Of a stretch of 64,000 nucleotides of DNA, positions 21,341 to 32,284 are shown piece after piece (positions within the stretch are counted from its first letter, which is position 1; every line of letters begins with the position of its first letter). The DNA is from Longimicrobiales bacterium. Its GTDB lineage: Bacteria; Gemmatimonadota; Gemmatimonadetes; Longimicrobiales; Gaopeijiaceae. The notes under the pieces were generated by a model. That model had not been told where the DNA came from. It ran no database searches and saw nothing but the letters and a program-made list of their open reading frames with translations. A program made the position numbers and the translations under genes. The DNA lies in contig CBDFIQ010000001.1 in NCBI GenBank assembly GCA_965248195.1, positions 320,001 to 384,000 on the forward strand, read 5' to 3'.

Positions 21341-21741
21341 CTAGCGGGGATCTAGCCGAACAAAGTACCTCGGCGCAAACCCGGTCAAAATTCGGAACGC
21401 TATGCCAGTGCTGTTTTCGCTATTAACACGATCGTGCTCTTCATCGGTTACGGGTATTGCCAGGTAGCCCTCCTTCTCACCGTCCAAGGCCACCTGCACA
21501 CTCGGATTCTCTAAGGCTTGTTTGTACCAGGCTCGGGCCAGTGGTTAGCCGCCACGTAGAGCCGGCCATTACTTTCGAGGCGAGCCAGGACTCGGTCGTT
21601 TGTGGTGCCATCCTCCGCCGTGGTGGTGATAACCAGCGTCCCTTGATCTGTGGGCTGGAAATAGCCGAGCAAGGACTCGAACGCCACGATGATCCCTACG
21701 TAAACGAGGAACAATTTCGCGATTAGCTTTACGGCTTTCAC
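21341..21741 (-). pseudogene. Nitroreductase/F420-dependent quinone reductase-like (DUF385-like) protein, frameshifted near 21536
   Basis: NHWP continues in a shifted frame as RAWYKQALENPSVQV...FAPRYFVRLDPR*; one C missing in a C run. Confidence 0.6.
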
Positions 21742-21995
21742 TCTGGGACTCCTAGGGCGTGTATTAGCGGCCTTTTAGGGCTGTATTCAGGGGAGTGCCG
21801 GGATCGGACATGGGTGCCTCGAGGCCACGGGAGCGTGGCGGTCATGATACGACCTGGCAGGTGTTCGCGCACACCGTGATGGGTTGTCATCGGACAACAT
21901 TTGCTCCGATCGCAGCCCCGACCCAGGTTGAGGGTCATCGGCAGGCATTACTGCCGATCGTGCCTCCACACACACGCGACCGTTGGAGTTGACCC

Positions 21996-24413
21996 ATGGT
22001 TTTCCATCGCCCGCCTCTGGTCTACGCCCTAGCCTTGATCGCTCTTGCGGCAGTGATTGCCCCCGCCCTCACGGCCCAAGACGGGTACCGGCTCCCGCCC
22101 CAGGAGATCGTCGACATTCTGGATGCGCCCCAAGCCCCGGGTGTGGCAGTGAGTGGCGATGGCAACTGGTTGATCCTGAGTCATCGGCGCAACATGCCCT
22201 CCCTGGCCGACCTGTCCCAACCGATGCTGTGCATCGGAGGGCGGCGCATCAACCCGGCCACCAACGGTCCGTTCAACCCCAGCCTCACGACCGGCTTTTC
22301 CATCATGAAGGTGACAGACGGCTCCCAGAGAAGGGTTGCGCTGCCGCACGAGGACGGCTGGGTCGGAGCGTCCATTTCGCCCAACGGTGAGAGTTTCTAC
22401 ATGACTCGGGCGACTTCTGAGGGAATCGAACTCTGGCTGGGTGAGGTGGAGTCTGCAACAGCCCAGCAGGTGTCGGGCGTTCGGTTGAACGCGGCCCGGG
22501 GAGGCGCCTGCAGCTGGATGCGTGATTCGCAGCAGTTGCTCTGCCACTTGGTGAACCCCTCTCGGGGCCCCGCACCGGTGGAACCCATGGTGCCGTCTGG
22601 CCCCATCATCCAGGAAACGTCAGGGATGTTGGGAGTGATCCGGACCTATCAGGATCTCCTCAAGACGCCCTTCGACATCGTGTTGTACGACTACTACATG
22701 ACCTCGATTCCGACCCTTGTTGACGTCGGCACCGGAAGGACTACACGGGTGGCACGTCCAGCGATCTACGCTTCTTTCTCTCCGTCGCCCAGTGGAGACT
22801 ACTTCTTGGTTCGAGAGCGGGTAAAGCCCTACTCCTACCTGGTGCCCGATGGCCGCTTCGGGGAGAGGATCTCCGTCGTCGCTAAAGACGGAGATTTGGT
22901 TCGCGAGCTGCCCAGCAAGTCGCTGCAGGAGGCCATCACCATCGGAGGGGTGCAAGCTGGACCCAGGAGCTTCGCATGGATGGGGGGTGATTCAAACACC
23001 CTCACCTACCTCGAAGCGCTGGACGGGGGCGATCCCCGCACCGACGTGGCGCATCGCGATCGACTCATGCGACTGGCGTTGGGGGGGAGTCCCCAAGAAG
23101 TGCTGCGCACGGAATTCCGCTTCGCCGGCCTATCGATATCCGGGAGAGGAACCGGTTTTCTGTCCGAATTTGATCAACCGACGCGAGCCCGCCGACTCTG
23201 GCGGGTGCCCATGGACGACACCTCTGCCAAAGAGCTTCTTTGGGAGAGGAACTCTGAAGATCGCTACGGTGATCCAGGAACCCCGGTGACGATGTTGGAC
23301 GACGAAGGCCACCGCCTCGTACACCAAGATGGCGATTGGATTTTCTTGAGGGGAGCCGGAGCGTCGGATCAGGGAGACCGGCCCTTCCTGGACCGCTACA
23401 ATATTGAGACCGGAGAGTCAGAGCGGCTCTGGAGGGCGGGAGCCGACAGCTACGAGACGTTGGTTGCGGTGCTGGACGACGACGCCACTCGCATCTTGAC
23501 CCGTCATGAGTCCAAGACACAGCCGCCCAACTATTACGTTCGGGACCTGAGCGATGGCCAACGCACAGCCTTGACCCATTTCGCGGATCCTCATCCTCAG
23601 CTTTCGGGAATCGAGAAGCGGTTCGTCACCTACGAGCGCAACGACGGGGTTCAGCTGTCCGCCACGCTCTTACTCCCCCCGGGGTACCAGGAAGGCCAAC
23701 GACTCCCTGTGGTGGTCTGGGCCTACCCCCGGGAGTATTCCAACGCAGACGTGGCGGGCCAGGTCCGAGGCAACCCCAACCGGTTCACCCGCATCACTGG
23801 TTATTCCCACCTGTTCTTTCTGACCCAGGGGTACGCCGTGTTCGATGCCGCCACCATGCCCATTGTCGGTGGGAATCTGGCCAACGACACCTACGTGGAG
23901 CAGTTGGTGGCGTCGGGGCAGGCAGCGGTGGACAAATTGGTGGATATGGGGGTGGGGGATCGCGATCGAATCGGAATCGGAGGGCACAGTTATGGGGCCT
24001 TCATGACGGCCAACATCCTGGCCCATTCCGACGCATACAGAGCCGGTATCGCCCGCAGTGGGGCCTACAATCGGACGCTGACGCCCTTCGGCTTTCAGAA
24101 CGAGCGCAGGACGTTCTGGGAGGAACCGGAAGTCTACTTCAACATGTCGCCTTTTATGGCTGCCGACCAAGTGAACGAGCCTATCCTGATGATTCATGGG
24201 GTGGCAGACAACAACTCGGGTACCTTCCCGATCCAGTCCGAACGCATGTATGGTGCCCTCAAGGGGCATGGCGCTACCGCACGCCTCATCATGCTACCGA
24301 ACGAGAGTCACGGGTACCGTGCAAGGGAATCGATAATGCACACGTTGGCCGAAATGGTGGAGTGGTTCGATCTGTATGTGAAGAATGCCGAGCCCAGGAG
24401 CATTACGTTCTAG
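21996..24413 (+). CDS. S9-family prolyl oligopeptidase/dipeptidyl peptidase, exported
   Basis: GGHSYGAFM nucleophile motif, HGVADNNSGT and LPNESHGY. Confidence 0.92.
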   Translation: MVFHRPPLVYALALIALAAVIAPALTAQDGYRLPPQEIVDILDAPQAPGVAVSGDGNWLILSHRRNMPSLADLSQPMLCIGGRRINPATNGPFNPSLTTGFSIMKVTDGSQRRVALPHEDGWVGASISPNGESFYMTRATSEGIELWLGEVESATAQQVSGVRLNAARGGACSWMRDSQQLLCHLVNPSRGPAPVEPMVPSGPIIQETSGMLGVIRTYQDLLKTPFDIVLYDYYMTSIPTLVDVGTGRTTRVARPAIYASFSPSPSGDYFLVRERVKPYSYLVPDGRFGERISVVAKDGDLVRELPSKSLQEAITIGGVQAGPRSFAWMGGDSNTLTYLEALDGGDPRTDVAHRDRLMRLALGGSPQEVLRTEFRFAGLSISGRGTGFLSEFDQPTRARRLWRVPMDDTSAKELLWERNSEDRYGDPGTPVTMLDDEGHRLVHQDGDWIFLRGAGASDQGDRPFLDRYNIETGESERLWRAGADSYETLVAVLDDDATRILTRHESKTQPPNYYVRDLSDGQRTALTHFADPHPQLSGIEKRFVTYERNDGVQLSATLLLPPGYQEGQRLPVVVWAYPREYSNADVAGQVRGNPNRFTRITGYSHLFFLTQGYAVFDAATMPIVGGNLANDTYVEQLVASGQAAVDKLVDMGVGDRDRIGIGGHSYGAFMTANILAHSDAYRAGIARSGAYNRTLTPFGFQNERRTFWEEPEVYFNMSPFMAADQVNEPILMIHGVADNNSGTFPIQSERMYGALKGHGATARLIMLPNESHGYRARESIMHTLAEMVEWFDLYVKNAEPRSITF

Positions 24414-24430
24414 GGGCGGGAGCTGATCGC

Positions 24431-25483
24431 CTACTCGTCGAGATGCACTTCGGCGATCGCGATCCCGCTCTCGCCCGCCACGGCATATAGCAGGAAGATA
24501 CGCCCGCTGTCGGCATCCTCGAAGATCGCCGGGTCGCGTAGCTGGTTGACGTGTCCGTAAGCGGTGCTCCGGACGGAGGGCTCGAGCGGTGCGTCGGCGC
24601 CCTCCCAGTCGAACTCCGGACGCAACATTTCCACGCCGGGCGTCTCCGACCACGTCGCCCAATCGCCCGAGATGTCGATCGTGCTCAGTAGGATCCGCTC
24701 CGGGACGTGCCCCACCTGTGTCCAGAAGACGAAGAGCGTCTCGCCACGTTTCAGGAGCGCGGCGTGACGCATGTTGGGGTTGAAGAGGCGCGGCCCCTCC
24801 TCGAATCCGCCGAGAGGGTCCCGAGACCGGTAGAACTGCCCGGGCATCGACATGATGTAGGTGTACCCCTCATGCTGAAGCGCCCTCATATACGTCCGAC
24901 CGAGGGGTTCGGACCTCGCCTCGAAGCGAATGCCGTCGCTGGACGTGGCCACGCGTGAGCGTTGCCGGCTCACCCCCTCGAGCCCGTGAAAATACATGAC
25001 GATGCGGCGATTCTCGTCGTCGACGTGTACGTCGGGCGATGCGATGTGGGGGGTCGTCGCCTCGACGAAGCGGTCGTGTCCCAGCGAGGATGGCGCCGCC
25101 CGGAGTCGCGCCGCCTGTTCCGGCTCCACCTCCGGCGGATCCGTCAGGAAGTGTGAATCGGCGATCTGCAAGCTTCCGGGAGGATGGATATGCCAGGGAC
25201 CCAGCAGGTCGTCGGCATACGCCAGCCTGATATACCTCCCTTTGTGGTCGGCAAAGTAGAGATAGTAGGCCCCGAGCCGATCCTCGACCCATTCGGGGAC
25301 GCGAATCAGCGAGGGGCCCTGGATATTCTCTCCGATGCTCGGATGCAAGGCGGGCGTGATGATCGGCACGTCGAGCAGTCGTTCGACGCGCACCCGGGTG
25401 GTGGTCGCCTGGGCCCCGAGCCCCGTCTGCGCCCCGAGCCCGACGATCCCGCACGCCAGTGCGACGGTCCAACCTCGAGTCAT
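24431..25483 (-). CDS. Exported hypothetical protein, glycoside-hydrolase-like beta-propeller
   Basis: NIQGPSLI, YYLYFADHKG.YIRLAYAD, HIASPDV and LRDPAIF. Confidence 0.65.
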   Translation of the reverse strand: MTRGWTVALACGIVGLGAQTGLGAQATTTRVRVERLLDVPIITPALHPSIGENIQGPSLIRVPEWVEDRLGAYYLYFADHKGRYIRLAYADDLLGPWHIHPPGSLQIADSHFLTDPPEVEPEQAARLRAAPSSLGHDRFVEATTPHIASPDVHVDDENRRIVMYFHGLEGVSRQRSRVATSSDGIRFEARSEPLGRTYMRALQHEGYTYIMSMPGQFYRSRDPLGGFEEGPRLFNPNMRHAALLKRGETLFVFWTQVGHVPERILLSTIDISGDWATWSETPGVEMLRPEFDWEGADAPLEPSVRSTAYGHVNQLRDPAIFEDADSGRIFLLYAVAGESGIAIAEVHLDE

Positions 25484-25529
25484 CGTTTGTGCGCCGAGAG
25501 CAGTCTCACCGCCGCGAGACACCGTAGAC

Positions 25530-25940
25530 TCAGACCTGACTCGGGGCGCCCCTTCCCAGCGACCAGCCTATGGCCGCACCGCCGATCCCGAAGACGATGG
25601 CCGTGATGAACGGATCGATGAACGACATTGCCGAGGTGGGGAGCGTCGTCATCGAGTAGAATCCCAGGCCGATCGCGATCGAAAGCAAGAAGCCGACGAT
25701 CGCTGCAACCTTGAATCCGGCTCCCGGCGTCGATCCGCCGGGCGACCCGCCGATGATCACGCTCAGCAAGGCGGCCCACACGAACTGGGTCAGGACGAGC
25801 CAGAGCCAGAGCGGCGTCTCCCGATCGATGACCGTCACTGGATAGGCGTTGGCCAACGCCAGTCCGTAGACGAGGAATCCGACCGCGAAGAGAGTCACCC
25901 CACCCACAACAGTGGCGGTCAAGAAGCGTTGCGCACCCAT
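25530..25940 (-). CDS. 4-TM membrane protein, paralogue of 31706-32140
   Basis: Hydrophobic helices; shared L..TVVGGV and G.K....VGFL pattern. Confidence 0.7.
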   Translation of the reverse strand: MGAQRFLTATVVGGVTLFAVGFLVYGLALANAYPVTVIDRETPLWLWLVLTQFVWAALLSVIIGGSPGGSTPGAGFKVAAIVGFLLSIAIGLGFYSMTTLPTSAMSFIDPFITAIVFGIGGAAIGWSLGRGAPSQV

Positions 25941-26234
25941 TGATGCCTCCTTGCTCGAGCGGATATGAGCGGATCGAACATGGCGGACAAGATGGGGCCA
26001 ACGCGTGTTGGGCGGCAAGCAGTCGGTTCTCCACGCGCTCCCTCAACTCCCCCCCTGAGGCATGATGTCTTTCGCCCGGTCGCCCGTCAGGCGAGAGGGC
26101 GGCCCGTCGGGCAGCGTACGGCGCCACGACGAGGATATCGGATCGCATCAGAGCGCCCGCAGCCGTTAGGGTGGGTGGGTTCTAGCGGGCCGCGCGAATT
26201 GGTGTACTCTGTAAGGCTTTAACGCCCCTGGGTC

Positions 26235-28454
26235 TTGCTGCCACGAATCGTGACTCTAACACACCGGAGTGGCTGGTTACACAGATTCTTGTTGACCAGC
26301 CTTTTGTTTGCATCGACCGCGATGTGTGCGGCCGCGCAGGTGTCTCCGGCACCAGACGTCAACGCGCACCGCCTTCCTCCCGGGGAGGCATCCGTCCTCC
26401 GTGTCGACGGCCTACTGGACGAGGCCGCTTGGCGCGATGCACCGATGGCATCCGGGTTCAGGCAGCAAGAGCCGCTCGAAGGAGAGCCCGCGACCGAAAT
26501 CACCGAGGTCCGAGTCCTCTTCGACGACGCCACGCTCTACGTGGGCGTACTGGCCCGAGACCGCTCTCCTGATGAGGTGATCGCCCGCATTCTTCAGCGG
26601 GACAAGCTCATGGAGCTGGGCTTCGAGGCAACGCCGGAATTCACGAGTGACGACGCCGTCGTGATCGTCCTCGATCCGTTCCACGATCACCGGAACGCCG
26701 TCGTTTTCGGCACGAACCCGAACGGTGCCGAGTTCGACGCGCTCATAACGGACGAAGGTCGCGAGTTCAATATCGATTGGCGGGGTGTTTGGGAGGTCGC
26801 CGCACAGCGAACGCCCGAGGGTTGGTCCGCGGAGTTCGCGATCCCATTCCGCTCACTGCGTTTTCCGGAGGCGTCCGCTGAGCCGTGGGGTTTCAACGTC
26901 TACCGGATCATCCGGAGAAAAAACGAGGAGGTGCTTTGGAGCTCCTGGTCCCGCTCGAACGAGGGATTCACCCGCGTGAGCAGGGCCGGGCACATCCATG
27001 GCCTGGCCGATCTGCCCCGGGCGGGGCTGAACGTGGAGCTGAAACCGTACGTGTTGGCAGGAGGCGCCGAGGAGCGGGACTCGTTCGGCCGCTTGGACAC
27101 CGATGGGGAAATCGACATCGGACTCGATGCGAAGTACGAGGTGAGACCTGGACTGGTCCTGGACGCCACGCTCAACACCGACTTTGCCCAGGTCGAAGTA
27201 GACGATCAGCAGGTCAACCTGACGCGCTTCAGTCTCTTCTTCCCCGAGAAGCGGGATTTCTTCCTGGAGAATGCGGGCATCTTCGAGATGGGGCAGCGAG
27301 GCGTGTTCGGGGAGCCACCTCCGTTTCTCATGTTTTTCTCGAGGCGAATCGGTATTTCGGAGGACGGACCGATCCCGGTGATGGGCGGATTGCGACTCAC
27401 GGGCCGAGCCGGGCGCCAGACCGTGGGCCTCATCAACGTGGTCACGGACGCGGCGTTCGACGAGCCCCGAACGAACCACGCGATCGCCCGTGTAAAGCGC
27501 GACATCGGCGAAAGTAGTTACTTGGGCGCCATGGTCACGGATCGCCGGAGCACGGATCGTTGGAACTCGACCGGAGGGGTCGATTGGTCGTTCTGGCCTA
27601 GCTTCGGCGCCGCGACCGCAGCGAGCGGCCGGGGCGGTGAAGGGGCGGCCTACCGACTCGGCATCGATTACCAGACGGACACGTACGGAATCACCGCGGG
27701 CCACCTGGGTGTCGGCCCAGGCGCAACTGCCGAACTGGGGTTCATCACGAGGACCGATATTCAGCAGTCCGACGTTACGCTCCGCTTTACGCCGCGACCG
27801 AGAGTCCTCGGACTCCGGAGGCTCGAGTTCCAGTCGGTCAACAGGCTGGTCACCCGCTTCCGCGGGACGCTGCAGGACTTCGACGTCGGCCTATTCGTCT
27901 CACCGGAGTGGAATACCGGCGATAGGGTCGGATTCGGACTCTTCCGCGGGTTCAACAGGATCGACGAAGCGTTCGATATCGGTCAGGGCGTCATGGTCCC
28001 GGCCGATGACTACGACACCAGCCAAATCGGTTGGTTCGCCAGCTCCAGCAGAAACCGGCCGATCGCGCTGAACTCCATGGCCTTCTTACAGAATTTCTTC
28101 GGCGGTCATGTCAATTCGATCTCGAACACCATTGGCGTAAATCCGAACGCCAACCTCGAGTTGACCGTGGGTTATACGCACAACCGGGTCGATATGCCGG
28201 CGGGAGCGTTCACGGCCGATCTGGCTCGGTTCCAGGTCGGGTACTCGTTCTCGACGAGGCTCGTCGCCAACGCGCTGGTGCAGTACAACAAACGAGATGA
28301 CGAACTGTCCGTCAGCGTTCGCATCAATTTCATCCACAGGCCCGGCAGCGATCTCTTCATCGTGTTCAATGAGCAGCGCGGCAGCGCCACCTCGATATGG
28401 GACGTGAACACGAGGGCGGCCGTCGTGAAGTTGACATATTTAGCCAGGTTGTAA
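26235..28454 (+). CDS. CBM9-like/DUF5916 outer-membrane protein
   Basis: DGLLDEAAW, NTDFAQVEVD, FFPEKRDFFLE and FFSRRIG. Confidence 0.85.
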   Translation: MLPRIVTLTHRSGWLHRFLLTSLLFASTAMCAAAQVSPAPDVNAHRLPPGEASVLRVDGLLDEAAWRDAPMASGFRQQEPLEGEPATEITEVRVLFDDATLYVGVLARDRSPDEVIARILQRDKLMELGFEATPEFTSDDAVVIVLDPFHDHRNAVVFGTNPNGAEFDALITDEGREFNIDWRGVWEVAAQRTPEGWSAEFAIPFRSLRFPEASAEPWGFNVYRIIRRKNEEVLWSSWSRSNEGFTRVSRAGHIHGLADLPRAGLNVELKPYVLAGGAEERDSFGRLDTDGEIDIGLDAKYEVRPGLVLDATLNTDFAQVEVDDQQVNLTRFSLFFPEKRDFFLENAGIFEMGQRGVFGEPPPFLMFFSRRIGISEDGPIPVMGGLRLTGRAGRQTVGLINVVTDAAFDEPRTNHAIARVKRDIGESSYLGAMVTDRRSTDRWNSTGGVDWSFWPSFGAATAASGRGGEGAAYRLGIDYQTDTYGITAGHLGVGPGATAELGFITRTDIQQSDVTLRFTPRPRVLGLRRLEFQSVNRLVTRFRGTLQDFDVGLFVSPEWNTGDRVGFGLFRGFNRIDEAFDIGQGVMVPADDYDTSQIGWFASSSRNRPIALNSMAFLQNFFGGHVNSISNTIGVNPNANLELTVGYTHNRVDMPAGAFTADLARFQVGYSFSTRLVANALVQYNKRDDELSVSVRINFIHRPGSDLFIVFNEQRGSATSIWDVNTRAAVVKLTYLARL

Positions 28455-28502
28455 GGTCTCTCCCCGCTTCACGATCATCCTGAACATGGGGCGGTGGCCC
28501 TC

Positions 28503-29573
28503 TCACTCACGCCTGGAGTCACTCGATCCCTGCGCTTCCATTCTCTCCTCATAGCGCGCCCCGCTCAGTACGCTCGACAGACTGTAGTTCCCCTCGTGAC
28601 AAGCGTACTCGTAGAGCTTGTCGTTGAGCCTGTTGTACGGGATCACTCCTTCCCAGAGCTGGCTATAGGTCGTCGGATCGTCGATGGTAAACGCATAAAG
28701 AAACGTCTCTTCATCGACCCGCGTGAAGCGTTCGGTCACCTTCAGGTGCTCCGATGGAGAGATTCCCCGGAAAATCTGACGCGGACTGATGTTCGTGGTC
28801 TCGACCACGAGTACGTCGCCTTCCCACCGACCCCAGGAGTCGCCGAACCACGGACGGATGTGTGCAGGCAACGGCTCGGGCTCACCGAGCCGGATAATTC
28901 GCACATCGTGGACCATCTCCGCCTTGATCATCACGTAATCAGCGGTCTGTACGATGGTGTAGTTGTTGTTGTAGGCCGTGTTGGGGATCATCGGGGGTCC
29001 GGCACTGGAACCGAACGACACGATGCAACGCTCGGCGAGGGGTCTCAGCTCCGGGTGGTCGTATAGGCCGAATTGGTCCCTGAAGTCCCGGGACTCCTCG
29101 AGCCGCCGCTCGCCCTCCGGCGTGAGGGGCGGACGGCGCCCATTCGCTGGATTGGTGACCAGAGAGGTTACGTATTCGCCATCGACGATCGCTACCCGCG
29201 AGCCCCGATCCCAATAGACTTCGCTATACTCCGCGCCACTCAGTCGACGCTCATTACTCAGAGACCCATCCCCTTGGTTGTCCTCCCTTCCGCACGCGAC
29301 GGTCCCCGGGTTGGCGGGGCACCCATCTCCTGGCTGTTCGATCTCCTCGACCTCCTCCCTGGTGAACACCGGACCCCGACCCTCTTCCCGCTCAAACGGA
29401 GTGAGCGTCACGTTGGTCCAGTTCCCCTGGAGGTCCGGATGTCCGTCGGGGGTCCTGGGGATTTCCCACTTTCCGGCGTCGGCGGCTGGAGCCTGCGCCG
29501 CCGCGGTCGAGACGACGCCGGGCGCCGCGGTTGAACAGAGAACGGCTAGAAGTAGGGCAGAGTAACGCGACAT
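28503..29573 (-). CDS. Conserved exported hypothetical protein
   Basis: Signal peptide; PRTPDGHPDLQGNW, GDSWGRWEGDVLVVET and YEYACHEGN. Confidence 0.75.
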   Translation of the reverse strand: MSRYSALLLAVLCSTAAPGVVSTAAAQAPAADAGKWEIPRTPDGHPDLQGNWTNVTLTPFEREEGRGPVFTREEVEEIEQPGDGCPANPGTVACGREDNQGDGSLSNERRLSGAEYSEVYWDRGSRVAIVDGEYVTSLVTNPANGRRPPLTPEGERRLEESRDFRDQFGLYDHPELRPLAERCIVSFGSSAGPPMIPNTAYNNNYTIVQTADYVMIKAEMVHDVRIIRLGEPEPLPAHIRPWFGDSWGRWEGDVLVVETTNISPRQIFRGISPSEHLKVTERFTRVDEETFLYAFTIDDPTTYSQLWEGVIPYNRLNDKLYEYACHEGNYSLSSVLSGARYEERMEAQGSSDSRRE

Positions 29574-29819
29574 CACTTCATGGCCTCGATTAACCACCGC
29601 CATACGAACGCTCATTTCGACCTCCATTCCCACGTGATCCACGACACTGACCGGCACACCTGTCAAATAGCCCTCCGACCGTTCAGGACGCAAGTCAGTT
29701 CGGCACCCGCTCCCGCGGCTCTTCGAACCAGTTGAGCACGACCCCGCTCTTGAAATCCGAGTGACTTCACGAGATATCATCCCAGGCCACTGACCACACC
29801 CAACCATCTGGAGAACTCA

Positions 29820-30311
29820 ATGCTCAACCACGTGACTTATCTCTACGGATTCAACCTCCGCTACGCGGAAAGGCTCGTGAAGGACCTGTCGACCGAGCAG
29901 ATGGCCGCGCAGCCCGGCGGCGTGATCAATCATCCGGCCTGGTCGCTCGGCCATCTCGTGATCTCGGCCGACCACCTCGGCCAGCTGTTGGGACTCGAGT
30001 CGAACCCGCCGGAGGGTTGGAGCAAGACCTTCAAGACCGGCGGGGAGCCGTCGGGCGACGCGTCGGTCTATCCGAGCAAAGAAAAGCTCCTCGGAGCGCT
30101 CCAGGAGCAGCATGCCAGGAACGCCGAGGCGGCGAAGAACTTCGATACCTCACGGTTCGCGGAACCCCATCCGAACGAAGGGACACGGAAATATTTCCCC
30201 ACGCTCGGGGACCAGGTCATCTTCCTGATGACGTCGCACGAGATGGACCACCTGGGACAGATCGCCGCGTGGCGTCGTGCGATGGGTCTTGGTCCGGCGA
30301 CAAGAGCCTGA
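29820..30311 (+). CDS. DinB-family protein
   Basis: NHPAWSLGHL and HEMDHLGQI His motifs. Confidence 0.85.
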   Translation: MLNHVTYLYGFNLRYAERLVKDLSTEQMAAQPGGVINHPAWSLGHLVISADHLGQLLGLESNPPEGWSKTFKTGGEPSGDASVYPSKEKLLGALQEQHARNAEAAKNFDTSRFAEPHPNEGTRKYFPTLGDQVIFLMTSHEMDHLGQIAAWRRAMGLGPATRA

Positions 30312-30369
30312 GCCCCGCTCGTGCTCTTCAGCACGAAACCGAGACGTTCAAAGGCTAAGTTCAACCCTT

Positions 30370-31128
30370 CTAGTTCCGGCGAAACGGAACGAACCGGACC
30401 GTAATGTCGTCACGTATCTCCACCTCACCTCCGGGCAGCTTCTCGACCACCCTCAGGATCTGGAAGGAGAGCGAATCACCTACCGGGATGATCATCCGGG
30501 CCCCAGGCCTCAGCTGTTCGATCAGTGGCTCGGGGACGTGCTCGGCCCCCGCCGTGACGAGGATTCCGTCGAACGGGCTCTGCTCGGGCCATCCGAGGTA
30601 CCCGTCACCGGCTCGGACAACCACGTTCGAAACTCCAAGTCGCTCGAGCCGGTCGGCTGCTGAGCGCGCCAGCTCCGGAATGATCTCGATGCTGTAGACT
30701 TCGGAGACCAATTCGGCCGCAACCGCCGCCTGGTACCCCGAACCGGTTCCGATCTCCAGTATCCGGTCGTCCGGCTCCAGCTGAACGAGTTCGGTCATCA
30801 ATGCGACGATGTAGGGCTGTGAAATCGTCTGCTGGAACTCGATCGGCAGCGGCGTATCATTGTAGGCGAAGGCCCGATATCGCTCGGGGACGTACTCGTG
30901 ACGGGGGACCCGCGACATGGCCTCGAGAACCCGGGCATCGGTGACTCCACGCGCCTCGATCTGTTCTACCACCATCTGGCGTCGTGCCTGCTCGAAGTCG
31001 ATGGCCTGTCGGGGGCGAGCGGAGGCGGTGGCCTGTCGGGGGCGAGCGGAGGCGGTGGCTTGATCCGGCGACGGGCGCCCGCACGACACGTTCAGAGCGA
31101 TCATGAGGGTAAGAAGCAGTTTCTTCAC
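30370..31128 (-). CDS. pcm: Protein-L-isoaspartate O-methyltransferase with lipoprotein-like N-terminus
   Basis: VPRHEYVP, QTISQPYIVA, LEIGTGSGYQAA and VRFVP. Confidence 0.92.
   Translation of the reverse strand: MKKLLLTLMIALNVSCGRPSPDQATASARPRQATASARPRQAIDFEQARRQMVVEQIEARGVTDARVLEAMSRVPRHEYVPERYRAFAYNDTPLPIEFQQTISQPYIVALMTELVQLEPDDRILEIGTGSGYQAAVAAELVSEVYSIEIIPELARSAADRLERLGVSNVVVRAGDGYLGWPEQSPFDGILVTAGAEHVPEPLIEQLRPGARMIIPVGDSLSFQILRVVEKLPGGEVEIRDDITVRFVPFRRN
31002..31062. repeat. 27-bp tandem repeat (about 2.3 copies) encoding QATASARPR in the Pcm linker
   Basis: TGGCCTGTCGGGGGCGAGCGGAGGCGG x2 followed by TGGCTTG. Confidence 0.9.
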
Positions 31129-31330
31129 GCGAGTTCCTCGTGGGGGGTGAAGGTTCTGCGAAACCCCTCTTATACCTCACCCGATCGTGACCGTTCACTT
31201 AACCGTGTCCAGGGTCGTAGCTCTCCTTTCGCTGTTGCCCAGTCCGATTCTGTGCCTCACGTTATCCCGACCCGCGACCGGCCTCTTGGATCGGCCATGC
31301 TCCCCGCCCACGAGGATCGCATCAGGCCAG

Positions 31331-31681
31331 ATGAGCAAACGCCCTAAGCGACTGGGGAAGGAGGCCAAGGAACCCCCCTCCCCGCCCCCCACCCTAACGG
31401 GCATCGCCCAACTCCTCAGCGAGATGCAAGTCGCCACGCTCGACTTGCACCGCTACACGGCAGATCAGGCTCGGCTACGCGTGCGGGACTTTCTCACGAC
31501 CCACTCCCGCATCTCGGCTGAAGGGGTGGTGCACATCATCACCGGCAAGGGCACGGGCTCGGAGGGAGGCGCCGTGCTGTTCGAGGTCGTGCGAGACATG
31601 CTCGACGACGAGGCGGCTGACCATGTGGACCAGTACGCGGGCATGCTCGGAGGAGGAGGCTGGGTGGTACGGGTCAAATGA
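31331..31681 (+). CDS. Smr/MutS2-domain protein
   Basis: LDLH, IITGKG.GS and GGGGW.V. Confidence 0.85.
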   Translation: MSKRPKRLGKEAKEPPSPPPTLTGIAQLLSEMQVATLDLHRYTADQARLRVRDFLTTHSRISAEGVVHIITGKGTGSEGGAVLFEVVRDMLDDEAADHVDQYAGMLGGGGWVVRVK

Positions 31682-31705
31682 GCCTTCGAGCTAGAAGACT
31701 CTACC

Positions 31706-32140
31706 TCAGCCCTCAGTCGAAGCCGCTTCCCTACCAGCGCCGCCTCCGCTCACGGCACCGATCGCCGCGCCAGCGATGCCCGTGCGGATGAGCTCGACGA
31801 CCGGATCCGCCAGTTGTCCCGTGAGCGTGAAGAAATTGAAGTTGGCGTAAATAAGCAGGTCCGCACCGAGCCAGAAGAGGAAGCCGACGAGGGCACCGGT
31901 CTTGAGGCCGTCCATCGCCGAAGATCCACCGGACCAGCCGATCGCCAAGGTGACGACCATCGCGATCGAGAGTGTGCCCACGACACCCGCCCACAGGATG
32001 GGGGCCTCGCGGGTCAGGCCGGTCGAGGCCATCTGCCCTTCGAAGAAGCTGGCGAGAAGCACGCCCCAAAGCAGGTATCCCGTCGCGTAAGCCACAACGC
32101 CCCCCACCACGGTCCCGGTCAGCAGTCGCTTCGTGTCCAT
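31706..32140 (-). CDS. 4-TM membrane protein
   Basis: Hydrophobic ORF similar to 25530-25940. Confidence 0.75.
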   Translation of the reverse strand: MDTKRLLTGTVVGGVVAYATGYLLWGVLLASFFEGQMASTGLTREAPILWAGVVGTLSIAMVVTLAIGWSGGSSAMDGLKTGALVGFLFWLGADLLIYANFNFFTLTGQLADPVVELIRTGIAGAAIGAVSGGGAGREAASTEG

Positions 32141-32284
32141 GTGTCCCCCTTTTCGAGCGTTCGATCGTCCCCCTTCCCATCGGATCCACCGCCCAGAACT
32201 GCCCGATCAATGGACTGAGTCGGGAGCATACTCGCAAGTGAGAATGACGGATAAGATGGCTCGGAGGCCTGTGTGGTCGCCCCC

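Noticed and set aside
20420..21540. Frameshifts in IS256 copy A and in the DUF385-like gene as programmed frameshifting or true decay
   Set aside because: Both are single-base losses in short G/C runs, typical of long-read error; no slippery heptamer seen
1392..31681. Other TGA stops (for example 1394, 7236, 10332, 16916, 30311, 31681) as Sec codons
   Set aside because: The proteins appear complete and the CGGGW hairpin at +11..+27 is absent
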